Positions 17,614 to 25,893 of a stretch of 64,000 nt of DNA are shown in pieces. The stretch's first letter is position 1. Each line of letters opens with the position of its first letter. The stretch covers positions 2,632 to 66,631 of the forward strand of contig CAYTWI010000003.1 of assembly GCA_964442045.1 (NCBI GenBank), read 5' to 3'. The translations under genes and the position numbers were made by a program. The notes under the pieces are model-generated. The model was not told the origin of the DNA and did not search any database. It saw nothing but the letters and a program-made list of their open reading frames with translations. Origin of the DNA: an uncultured Bifidobacterium sp. Its GTDB lineage: Bacteria; Bacteroidota; Bacteroidia; UKL13-3.

Positions 17614-17805
17614 AACCCGGTAGGGAAGGTCTTACGGGGTACGTATTGTATTGCCAACCGGGTTGGTATAGGAATACAGGGTACGTATTTTGCTCCCTAC
17701 CTGATAGGGAAGCTTATACGGGGTCTGTATTTTGTTCCCTACTGAGTAGGGAAGGAAATACGGAGGTAGTATTTTGCTCCTTATCCGGTTGGCAAACAAA
17801 TACTG
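17614..17805. repeat. Tandem array of about 4.5 copies of a 42-bp hairpin-forming unit
   Basis: Units start at 17614, 17656, 17698, 17740 and 17782. The consensus is approximately TAGGGAAGG-N3-TACGGGGTACGTATTTTGCTCCCTA, with TAGGGAA/TTCCCTA inverted ends. Confidence 0.85.
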
Positions 17806-18138
17806 ATATGGTTACCCCTGTTATTGCTACGTATAAAGCAATTTTTTATATTTTGGTGTGGAAAAACAACTAATCTTAGTAAACCGGTAAGGGTTTTGGC
17901 TAATCAATTCAAACTGCCTGCTCGCAATGGTGGCTTGTCCGTTTTTTAAAGGAGGAACTTCGTCTTGTGTGGCCGAACTGTCATCGGCTATTTCAATAAA
18001 AGTATCAGTATAATTGGTACTGTGTATTTTCTAAATACATTTAAATATAATTTGTTTGCGGGAGCTTATACAAATAGGGGTTATTTTTTTGTTGCATTGA
18101 AACAATAAATGCAAAAAATAAATTTCGTTTGCAAGCTC

Positions 18139-18336
18139 GCTTACGCTGTCAGCAAGGAAAAAACGCCTGTTTTTTCCTTCCCTACGTTGTCAGCGACAAA
18201 AAAACAACTGTTTTTTCTTCGCCTACGCTGTCAGCAGCAAAAAAACGGCTGTTTTTTTCTTCCCTACGTTGTCAGCAACAAAAAAACGATTGTTTTTTCC
18301 TTGCCTACGCTGTAAGCGGCAAAAAAAGGACGTTTT
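18139..18336. repeat. Tandem array of 5 copies of a 41-bp unit, each containing an A7/T7 hairpin, with an alternating (82-bp) higher-order pattern
   Basis: The TACG anchor recurs at 18142, 18183, 18224, 18265 and 18306. The unit is CCTACG(C/T)TGTCAGC..AAAAAAAC...TGTTTTTTC. Confidence 0.9.
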
Positions 18337-18441
18337 AACGCCTAAATGGTAAGGACATGTATAAACTTAACGGCTTGTTGGGGAGAATTAATTGTGGTAT
18401 GGCTTTTCAAGTGAATTGTTAATTAAATACTTTTGCTGAGC

Positions 18442-21400
18442 ATGAAAAATAAATACTTCGCTACCATTTTATTTTTAACAGTATGTTGCTTAGTAAGCCA
18501 TACACTGTTAGCACAAATTAACAGGCGTAACAATAAAAGCAGTATTGCCTACCGCGCCAATTACCAACGTATAGCCAGCAGGTACGACCACGCTATAGAA
18601 ATACGCAATGGCGAACTTTGGGCATGGGGCAATAATACCGATGGGCAGTTAGGTGATGGCAGCAAAACAACAAAGTTGAATGCGGTACATATAAGTAACA
18701 ATAACGACTGGGTACAGATTGCTACCGGTGCTAAACACAGTGCCGCCATTAAGGCCAATGGTACCATATGGGTTTGGGGAGCCAACGGAAATGGCCAGTT
18801 AGGTTTGGGCGACACTTTAACGAGGCTTGTTCCTACCTTAATCAGTAATCAAAACAACTGGATTAGTGTTTCGTGTGGTGAGTTTTACACCCTGGCCATT
18901 AAGGCTGATGGTACACTGTGGGGTTTTGGTAATAACACTTTTAACCAATTGGCCGATAGCAATAAAACAGATAAGTGGAGTCCGGTACAAATAGGAACAG
19001 ACAACGATTGGGTATTAATCAATGCAAGTACAAGTCATAGCATGGCTATAAAAGCAGATGGTACACTTTGGGCCTGGGGTACAAACAACAGCGGTCAGTT
19101 AGGCGATGGGAGTAATATAACACGTGTTAATCCGGTACAAATTGGTAACGGCAACAAATGGGTGAGTATTGCATTGGGCCAACAGCATAGTTTAGGTTTA
19201 CAGGCTAACGGTACGCTTTGGGCCTGGGGTGCCAATAACGCAGGTCAGTTAGGAAACTTTACCACCACCAATAAAAATACACCAACACAAGTTGGTCTAT
19301 CAAATACCTGGGTTTCTTTGTCAGCAGGTTCTAATTTTAGTTTTGCCATCAATGCATCAGGTGTTCTTTATGGTTGGGGACAAAACAACCTTTACCAATT
19401 AGGTGACGGAACCAATGTAAATAAGTTAAGTCCAACGCAGGTAAACAGTTTAAACAATTGGGTAATTTTAACGGCAGGCAGTAATTATGCATGCGGAGTG
19501 CAGGCCAATGGTATGCGTTATGTGTGGGGGCAAAACGCCAATGGCAAATTAGGCACAAACGATACCTTGCCAAGAACAACTCCTTTTGCTACTTACAGAG
19601 ATAGCAATTTGGTAAGCATAGCATGCGGTCATTATCACAACTTAGGTATACGAGCCAATGGCAAATTAATGGTTTGGGGCTATAATAATAAAGGACAATT
19701 GGGTAATGGTAATTTCACCGACCAGAAAAGTCCGGTTACCTTGAATGCAGATTCAAATTGGATAAGTACCGCTGGCGGATATATAAACAGTTATGGAATT
19801 AAAGCCAATGGTACTTTGTGGCGTTGGGGATTTGTAGGTACAAACACCTTCGAGCAGCTTGGTTCAGATAGCGATTGGGTAAGTGTTTCCACGGGCGACA
19901 ACCATGTACTGTTATTAAAAGCCAATGGCACACTTTGGGCTTCAGGTACGAATACTTATGGTCAGTTAGGTACGGGCAATAATAACTTTTCAAGTACTTT
20001 ACTGCAAGTAGGTAACGACAGTGATTGGGTATGCGCAAAAGCGGGCTCCGAATATTCGCTGGCGTTAAAAGCCAACGGAACCTTGTGGGGCTGGGGTTAT
20101 AATATATATGGTCAAATAGCCGATGGTACAGGCATAGATAAAAATATACCAACCCAAATAGGAACCAAAAATACCTGGGTGAGTATTACCGCTGGCTTTA
20201 GAAGTGGTTATGCAATAGAGTCAAACGGTACTTTATGGGCATGGGGGCTTGGTTCATTCGGGCAAATAGGCGATGGCAGCAACCAAATAAGAAAAAGCCC
20301 GGTACAGGTTGGTGTAGATAAAAAATGGATTGCTACAGCAGCCGGAGGAATACATGTTGTAGGTTTAAAGGCCGATGGTACTACCTGGGCTTGGGGTTAT
20401 AACAATTACGGACAAAACGGAAATGGAGGCAATAACAACAGCAATACGCCCATACAAACTTTAGCAGCCAATGCCATTTCTGTTCAAACAGGCGAGTTTC
20501 ATACCATTTTATTAAAGCCAAGCCGGAAAGGGTTTTGTGGTGCAGGTGAAAATACTTATGGGGAATTGGGCGACAATTCAGTTATAGATAAAAACACTTT
20601 TGTATGCACTGCACTGCCTTGTGTGATGCCAAACATACCAACAGCGCTTAACGACAGCATTTGCTATGGTAATAAGGTTACACTAAAAGCAATGGGTGAG
20701 GCCGAAGGAACCATTAGTTGGTACGATGCCGCAGTAAATGGAAATTTACTTGCACAGGGCAATAGTTTTATGAGTCCGGTGCTTACAACCAACACTACTT
20801 ATTACGTGCAGGATAGTACTTGTGCACTTAACCCCAACAGGCAGGCAGTTAATGTTTTTATACAGCCAAAACCGGAAGCTGCTTTTCAATTAATTAGTAA
20901 CGCCAAACAGTGCTTAACCCAAAACAATTTCAGCTTTGTAAATACAAGTACAATAAACCAGGGTACAATAACCAATAAAACATGGTTTTTTGGCGATAGT
21001 AGCTTTAACAGTACCCAGGCCGATACGGTAAATACCATTTATAATAAGGCCGATACGTATACCGTAATGATGATTGCTGCAAGCAATAAAGGATGTACTG
21101 ACACGGCCACGCAAAAGGTAGAAGTTTTGGCTAAACCCAATACACCTGTAATTTCAGGAAACGACTCTGTGCCACGCGCAAGTAATCAAAATTATACAGT
21201 GGCTTTTAAAAGTGGAGCCGTTTTTAAATGGGTAATTACAAACGGATTACAAACAGCAGGAACCAATACCAATGCAGTTACCGTAAAATGGTCCGATACG
21301 GGTAGTGTTGGCAAAATAACAGTAATAGAAACAGATAGCAACGGATGTTACAGCGATACTGCTGTTTTAAATGTTAAATTAGTACAAGGTGTTGGTATGG

Positions 21401-21642
21401 CAAATGTTGGCTTTATACAGGGTTTATCAGTTTATCCAAACCCGGCCAGCGACTATTTGTACATTAACAGTGGCGAATGGGTAAGTTTTGACCTGTTTGA
21501 TATACAAGGTAAACGACTAATAGCACAAAAGGATTTAGCTATACAACATAGCATCCGTTTAGATAACCTGTCGCCAGGAAACTATATTTTAAAAATAAAA
21601 GCAGCTGATAAAACGGCCTATTATAAGTTCATTAAGCAATAA
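18442..21642 (+). CDS. RCC1-repeat (beta-propeller) secreted protein with Ig/PKD-like modules and a T9SS C-terminal sorting domain
   Basis: Signal peptide from ATG 18442; the track uses TTG at 18433. About 13-14 repeats of G(T/K)LW(A/G)WG.N..GQLGDG are present. A PKD-like FVNTS...WFFGD module follows. The C-terminus reads LSVYPNPASDYLYI...GNYILKIK...YKFIKQ. Confidence 0.85.
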   Translation: MKNKYFATILFLTVCCLVSHTLLAQINRRNNKSSIAYRANYQRIASRYDHAIEIRNGELWAWGNNTDGQLGDGSKTTKLNAVHISNNNDWVQIATGAKHSAAIKANGTIWVWGANGNGQLGLGDTLTRLVPTLISNQNNWISVSCGEFYTLAIKADGTLWGFGNNTFNQLADSNKTDKWSPVQIGTDNDWVLINASTSHSMAIKADGTLWAWGTNNSGQLGDGSNITRVNPVQIGNGNKWVSIALGQQHSLGLQANGTLWAWGANNAGQLGNFTTTNKNTPTQVGLSNTWVSLSAGSNFSFAINASGVLYGWGQNNLYQLGDGTNVNKLSPTQVNSLNNWVILTAGSNYACGVQANGMRYVWGQNANGKLGTNDTLPRTTPFATYRDSNLVSIACGHYHNLGIRANGKLMVWGYNNKGQLGNGNFTDQKSPVTLNADSNWISTAGGYINSYGIKANGTLWRWGFVGTNTFEQLGSDSDWVSVSTGDNHVLLLKANGTLWASGTNTYGQLGTGNNNFSSTLLQVGNDSDWVCAKAGSEYSLALKANGTLWGWGYNIYGQIADGTGIDKNIPTQIGTKNTWVSITAGFRSGYAIESNGTLWAWGLGSFGQIGDGSNQIRKSPVQVGVDKKWIATAAGGIHVVGLKADGTTWAWGYNNYGQNGNGGNNNSNTPIQTLAANAISVQTGEFHTILLKPSRKGFCGAGENTYGELGDNSVIDKNTFVCTALPCVMPNIPTALNDSICYGNKVTLKAMGEAEGTISWYDAAVNGNLLAQGNSFMSPVLTTNTTYYVQDSTCALNPNRQAVNVFIQPKPEAAFQLISNAKQCLTQNNFSFVNTSTINQGTITNKTWFFGDSSFNSTQADTVNTIYNKADTYTVMMIAASNKGCTDTATQKVEVLAKPNTPVISGNDSVPRASNQNYTVAFKSGAVFKWVITNGLQTAGTNTNAVTVKWSDTGSVGKITVIETDSNGCYSDTAVLNVKLVQGVGMANVGFIQGLSVYPNPASDYLYINSGEWVSFDLFDIQGKRLIAQKDLAIQHSIRLDNLSPGNYILKIKAADKTAYYKFIKQ

Positions 21643-21739
21643 AACAGGTGTATTAGTAACAAAAGGCTATACGCTTTCCCAAAAAGTAAGTAATAGTGTT
21701 TGTATAATACTTTGTTTGTTAAATAACTTTATACGCACA

Positions 21740-22432
21740 TTATTTTGCCTTAAAGCTTTCCCAGTTATTAATTACAATTTCCTTGCGGCCATAAGTAATT
21801 AACTGCTCTTTTTCCATTTCGTTAAGCAGGGTAGTAACCGTTTGGCGGGTGCTGCAAACCAGTTTGGCTAAATCGTGTTGGGTGAGGTAATTTTTAAGCA
21901 CTATGCTGTTGTCTTTGGCTTCTCCATCGCTTTCCGCCCAGTCTTTTAAAAACTGTATCAGGCGCGAGCGCACGTCTTTAAAAACTACATTGTTAAAGCG
22001 GTTTTCTATACGTTTTAGCTTTAAACCCATAAACTTGGTATAACCAATGGCTATACTCGGGTTGCGTTCCAATACACGTTCAAAATCATCCATTTTAAAC
22101 GAGCAAATGCTCACATCGGTTAAAGCCTGTGCGTATTCATGGTTGCCGGTTTCCTGGTCATTATCCAAACTCATCTGGCCAAACAAATCGCCTTTTTTAA
22201 TAATGTCCTTTATAATTTCATTGCCCTGCTCATCGGTCTCACATATTTTTATCATGCCCCGTTTAAGTAAAAAAATACGCGGCACCTGCTCATCGGCAAA
22301 ATAAATCATTTCCGCCTTGTAAGCTTTTTTAAAACCTACTATCAGGCACAAGTCTTTCAGATCGCTGTTGCTAAGTTTCCAAAATAGTTTGTGGTCGCGC
22401 AAATACCAGTATTTTAAATCAACTTCAGCCAT
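21740..22432 (-). CDS. Crp/Fnr-family transcriptional regulator
   Basis: 230 aa with a cNMP-binding domain and a C-terminal HTH (HDLAKLVCSTRQTVTTLLNEM). Confidence 0.8.
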   Translation of the reverse strand: MAEVDLKYWYLRDHKLFWKLSNSDLKDLCLIVGFKKAYKAEMIYFADEQVPRIFLLKRGMIKICETDEQGNEIIKDIIKKGDLFGQMSLDNDQETGNHEYAQALTDVSICSFKMDDFERVLERNPSIAIGYTKFMGLKLKRIENRFNNVVFKDVRSRLIQFLKDWAESDGEAKDNSIVLKNYLTQHDLAKLVCSTRQTVTTLLNEMEKEQLITYGRKEIVINNWESFKAK

Positions 22433-22433
22433 G

Positions 22434-23054
22434 TTATATAAACAATTTTATGGTTTGAAAAGTAGCCAAAATGATGAATATTACCGCAATGGTTTTATCA
22501 GCATACTTAAAGAATGATTGGACAGGTATTTTTATATATAGTTTGCTGATAACAATGAGTATAATGTGTAAAGTAAAAGCACCAAATACGGCACCTAAGC
22601 TAAACAACAGCAATTGCACGGGGTTTTCAAAAAGGTTTATCTGAAACAGATGGTTTACCTGTATATAGGTAATTACTGAGGTCCAGAATATAATAAGCTG
22701 CGGATTTAAAACAGCCAGTGTGGCACCCAGCATAAAACCATGTTGCCGGGTTACTTTGGCGGTAGCATGGGTTTTATTAAACCACAAAAAAGTGGCAGCC
22801 ACCATCAATAAAATAACCAATACAATCTGAAAAATATAAAACAGGTTTTGCCAGCGGGCTATGTAGCCCGCAGCCTTTAAGGCAATAAAACAAAAAGCAA
22901 ACTCGGGTACCGAACCACCAATAGCGGTATAAACAGCATTTTTATACTGCTTTTGCAGGCAGGCAGCAAAAATAGCCAGGTTTACAGGCCCCGGTTGTAT
23001 AGAGCCTGCCAGGCTTATTACAAACGATAACAGAAAGGTGTAAACTAAAATCAT
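22434..23054 (-). CDS. LysE-family amino-acid/metabolite exporter
   Basis: 206 aa with about 6 transmembrane helices and an N-terminal GSIQPGPVN motif typical of LysE/RhtB translocators. Confidence 0.75.
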   Translation of the reverse strand: MILVYTFLLSFVISLAGSIQPGPVNLAIFAACLQKQYKNAVYTAIGGSVPEFAFCFIALKAAGYIARWQNLFYIFQIVLVILLMVAATFLWFNKTHATAKVTRQHGFMLGATLAVLNPQLIIFWTSVITYIQVNHLFQINLFENPVQLLLFSLGAVFGAFTLHIILIVISKLYIKIPVQSFFKYADKTIAVIFIILATFQTIKLFI

Positions 23055-24076
23055 TACTTACGCAGGTGCATTCTTATTTGTTTCCATATTAACCAAAAAG
23101 GAACATAGGCGTGTCCGCGCTGATGGTTTTGTTTGGCAATGGTATAAATTAAGTAATAGTGGTTAAACAAAGCCTTATAAGCTTTCAGTATAAAAGTACC
23201 CGGGTCGTATATATGAGCGGGCTCCGAGCTTACTCCGTTCAGCTCCATTATTTTTATATTTTTTCCGGCATATAAATCGGCTAATGAAGATACTTTTAAA
23301 TCGAATCGGCCAATATAAAAACCATCAATAGGTTGGGCTATTTCATCAAATACCTTTACCAGTTGCGCATTAATTAAATGGTTGCCATCAATAAATTTAG
23401 TACCCCGTATATGATTGCCTATCGGTTCCAGCAAAAGTTTTTCGTTAGGCTCCAATACCTTTTGCAAAATAGGTTTAAATTTAGCCAGCAAATAATCAAG
23501 GCGGCCTTGTGCCCGCAAATGGTTTTTAATTAATTCCTCCACGCTTAGTTTACCATTGCCTGTTATACTTAAGTATTCTTTCAGCACAATGCTGGTAATA
23601 CCTGATTGGCTTCCGTCCGGGTAGTGGTAATACATAATACCCATTTCCAAATCATAGTCAATAAAGGCTTGTATAATAAAATCTTCGGTAATGGTATCAA
23701 TGTAATGTTGCAGCTCAGCTACATTGTTTATTTTTTCTACATTGCTGCCCCTTTCGCCTACATCGGGCTTGGCTATGAAAGGAAAATCAATACCTTTTTC
23801 CTGTATTAGCTGTGTAACTTTAGCCAGGTCATACTCATGCTTGCAGTAAACAGTAGCAGGTAAATATTGGCTGTTTATTTTTTGCAGGATATTTTTTTTC
23901 GACTCACCTACAAATCCGCCTAAATAAATACCCGGATTGGCTGCTGTAAAAAAGCCCAAATGCCGTAATCGAATACCTAAATATAAATAATAAAAGTAAA
24001 CAGGAATATAAGCAAACCAATAAGGCCAAAACTCAAAACGGGTGTGTTTTATAATCCAAAACTTAAGTTTTTTCAT
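23054..24076 (-). CDS. ATP-grasp family ligase with hydrophobic N-terminal segment
   Basis: 340 aa with an N-terminal hydrophobic stretch (FEFWPYWFAYIPVYFYYLYLGI). An ATP-grasp-like core follows (FPFIAKPDVGERGSNVEKI ... IKIMELNG). Confidence 0.65.
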   Translation of the reverse strand: MKKLKFWIIKHTRFEFWPYWFAYIPVYFYYLYLGIRLRHLGFFTAANPGIYLGGFVGESKKNILQKINSQYLPATVYCKHEYDLAKVTQLIQEKGIDFPFIAKPDVGERGSNVEKINNVAELQHYIDTITEDFIIQAFIDYDLEMGIMYYHYPDGSQSGITSIVLKEYLSITGNGKLSVEELIKNHLRAQGRLDYLLAKFKPILQKVLEPNEKLLLEPIGNHIRGTKFIDGNHLINAQLVKVFDEIAQPIDGFYIGRFDLKVSSLADLYAGKNIKIMELNGVSSEPAHIYDPGTFILKAYKALFNHYYLIYTIAKQNHQRGHAYVPFWLIWKQIRMHLRK

Positions 24077-24078
24077 GC

Positions 24079-24816
24079 TTAATGCATCTCGTGTTTAAAT
24101 ATACGCAATGACGATGTTTCCATGTTTTCGGTATCTACATATTGAACCGTATAGTTTTGGTTAGTATGTTCAATACAGGTTATGCTTACCGTTTTTACCC
24201 TGTTATCCCTGTTCATTAAAATACTGTTTTCCAGGCTGCCATCGCCAGCACTTTTATGAAACTGAATAATAGCTTCTTTACTCCAGTCATCTGTACGTTC
24301 ATGTATAAATTCATCAAACCAAAGCTGCCTGTTTTTTATAGCCTCATGGGTATACAAAGTAGCCGAACTCCAAATATGCGTTTGGCTGCTATCCTTTAAC
24401 AAATAATGCATGGTAACACCGTCCCATCTTAACTCATGCAAAAGCAAAGTGTGGTTGGAGTCAATAATAAGCAAAGTAAAGTTTTCAATACCGTTAAAAT
24501 CGTATAAGCTTATAAAATCATGTACATTGTTAAACCTGAAAAAATCAAGCAACATAATACCCCTGCTTAAGCGGTACGGTGGTGTTGATTCATGTTTAAC
24601 AAAAGCACCATTCAATAAACAAAGGGTAAAATTATTGGGCGATGTTGCTACCCAGGTGCCTCCGGCCTGTTTGTCCTTTGGGAAAAAAACAGTTTGTCCG
24701 TGCAGGCTATACTTTTGCGGTGCAATAGCATTTGGCCTGCTTACCTTTTCATCTCTGCTGGAGGTAAGAATATACCCGGCATTATTTTTATAAGGTAAAA
24801 AAGTTACTGTACACAT
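24079..24816 (-). CDS. NRDE-family (TANGO2/DUF833-like) protein
   Basis: 245 aa with N-terminal MCT (Cys2, Ntn-hydrolase-like) and an SRDE motif at residues about 20-23. Confidence 0.65.
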   Translation of the reverse strand: MCTVTFLPYKNNAGYILTSSRDEKVSRPNAIAPQKYSLHGQTVFFPKDKQAGGTWVATSPNNFTLCLLNGAFVKHESTPPYRLSRGIMLLDFFRFNNVHDFISLYDFNGIENFTLLIIDSNHTLLLHELRWDGVTMHYLLKDSSQTHIWSSATLYTHEAIKNRQLWFDEFIHERTDDWSKEAIIQFHKSAGDGSLENSILMNRDNRVKTVSITCIEHTNQNYTVQYVDTENMETSSLRIFKHEMH

Positions 24817-25316
24817 GTTTTTTGGAATTGGATGGTAGCATAAGCTACCCCAAAATTTTTATCGAGTTGTATATAGTCAAAACAATGTTTGCAGGCTATT
24901 TGCATAATAGCCATGTGGTGTATGGCATGTTCTATATTATACACCAGCTCCCTTGCCATGCTTGTTTTTACCATAAGCTCTTCATCGTTCACCAAACTGT
25001 TTAAATATAATAAGTTATCAGCATCGCTTAAGCCGTCAATTTGCGCCTGCAAATCGTTTATAAAACCAAGGGTATAGGTTTTATTATGTTCCAGCAAAAG
25101 GTTGCGTTCCCGTTTATCGTAATTTACCTCTTGCAGGGTTATACCATTTAGCAATTGAACATATAGTTCCAATACATGGCGTACATGTTTGGCTAACGTA
25201 TTACCGCTTAGTAAATCAAGGTTTCTGGAGTAATCATCCTCCTGTATTTGATTGACCAAATCAGCTATCTGGCTTAGGATGTTTTGGCAACTTTGTTTTA
25301 GTTTTATAACAGACAT
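24804..25316 (-). CDS. DinB-like (DinB_2-type) helical-bundle protein
   Basis: 170 aa with His-rich helices (KHVRHVLELY, NIEHAIHHMAIM). It overlaps the next gene by 13 bp. Confidence 0.5.
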   Translation of the reverse strand: MSVIKLKQSCQNILSQIADLVNQIQEDDYSRNLDLLSGNTLAKHVRHVLELYVQLLNGITLQEVNYDKRERNLLLEHNKTYTLGFINDLQAQIDGLSDADNLLYLNSLVNDEELMVKTSMARELVYNIEHAIHHMAIMQIACKHCFDYIQLDKNFGVAYATIQFQKTCVQ

Positions 25317-25356
25317 AGGTACTGGGGAGTTAATTTTTTAATTACGTAATTTCTGG

Positions 25357-25890
25357 TTAATTAGTTTTTGTGCCTGTATTTATTTGGATAGAAACATTTA
25401 CTTCATCACTCATTATAATACTGTTACTCCCTACATTAAAATCTTTTCTGTTTAAAGTAAACCCGCCCTTCAATATATTATTATCAAATGTAAAGGGAAT
25501 TACAATATCTTTTGTAATACCTTTTATGGTTAATTTAAAATAGCCTTTAAATTGATTGCCTTCCTTACCAAAAAAACTGGAAACTATGGTGATGGCGGGA
25601 AACTTTTCTGCATCAAAGTATTCTTCCTTTTGCAGGTGCCTGTCCCTGGCTGCAATACCTGTATTAATGGTATTTACCGCAACACTTCCCGTAATTTTTG
25701 CTTGTTTATACAGTTCAGGGTTAAAATTTATTTCACCGCTAAATCCGCTAAAGCTACCATTAACAGTTAAGCCGGCATTTTTTATTTTAAAAGTAATACT
25801 GCTTGATAGTACTTTTAAAGGAGCCTGGGCTATATTGATTTTTACCAATAGTATTAAACCTATCAGCAGCAAGCTTATCTTGTTTTTCAT
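25357..25890 (-). CDS. YceI-family (polyisoprenoid-binding) periplasmic protein
   Basis: 177 aa with a signal peptide and YceI-like motifs (SSITFKIKN...V.G.F, INTGIAARDRHLQ). Confidence 0.8.
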   Translation of the reverse strand: MKNKISLLLIGLILLVKINIAQAPLKVLSSSITFKIKNAGLTVNGSFSGFSGEINFNPELYKQAKITGSVAVNTINTGIAARDRHLQKEEYFDAEKFPAITIVSSFFGKEGNQFKGYFKLTIKGITKDIVIPFTFDNNILKGGFTLNRKDFNVGSNSIIMSDEVNVSIQINTGTKTN

Positions 25891-25893
25891 GTT

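Noticed and set aside
17830-18030. A 67-codon open frame on the minus strand between the two arrays (KIHSTNYTDTFIEIADDSSATQDEVPPLKNGQATIASRQFELISQNPYRF...), possibly a gene remnant.
   Set aside because: There is no ATG, GTG or TTG start in a useful position, and I recognise no family. It could be a decayed gene fragment, but I cannot support it as a feature.
17614-18336. Whether the two tandem-repeat arrays could be CRISPR arrays.
   Set aside because: The repeat units abut each other with no unique spacers. The periods are 42 and 41 bp in total, and no cas genes are in the window. They are plain tandem repeats.
17646-18338. Track ORFs 17646-17873, 18109-18315 and 18129-18338 as real small proteins.
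   Set aside because: They are translations of the tandem repeats. The 41-bp array is out of frame with itself and is read in two overlapping frames. The 42-bp array ORF needs a TTG start and has no recognisable features. I treat all three as non-coding.
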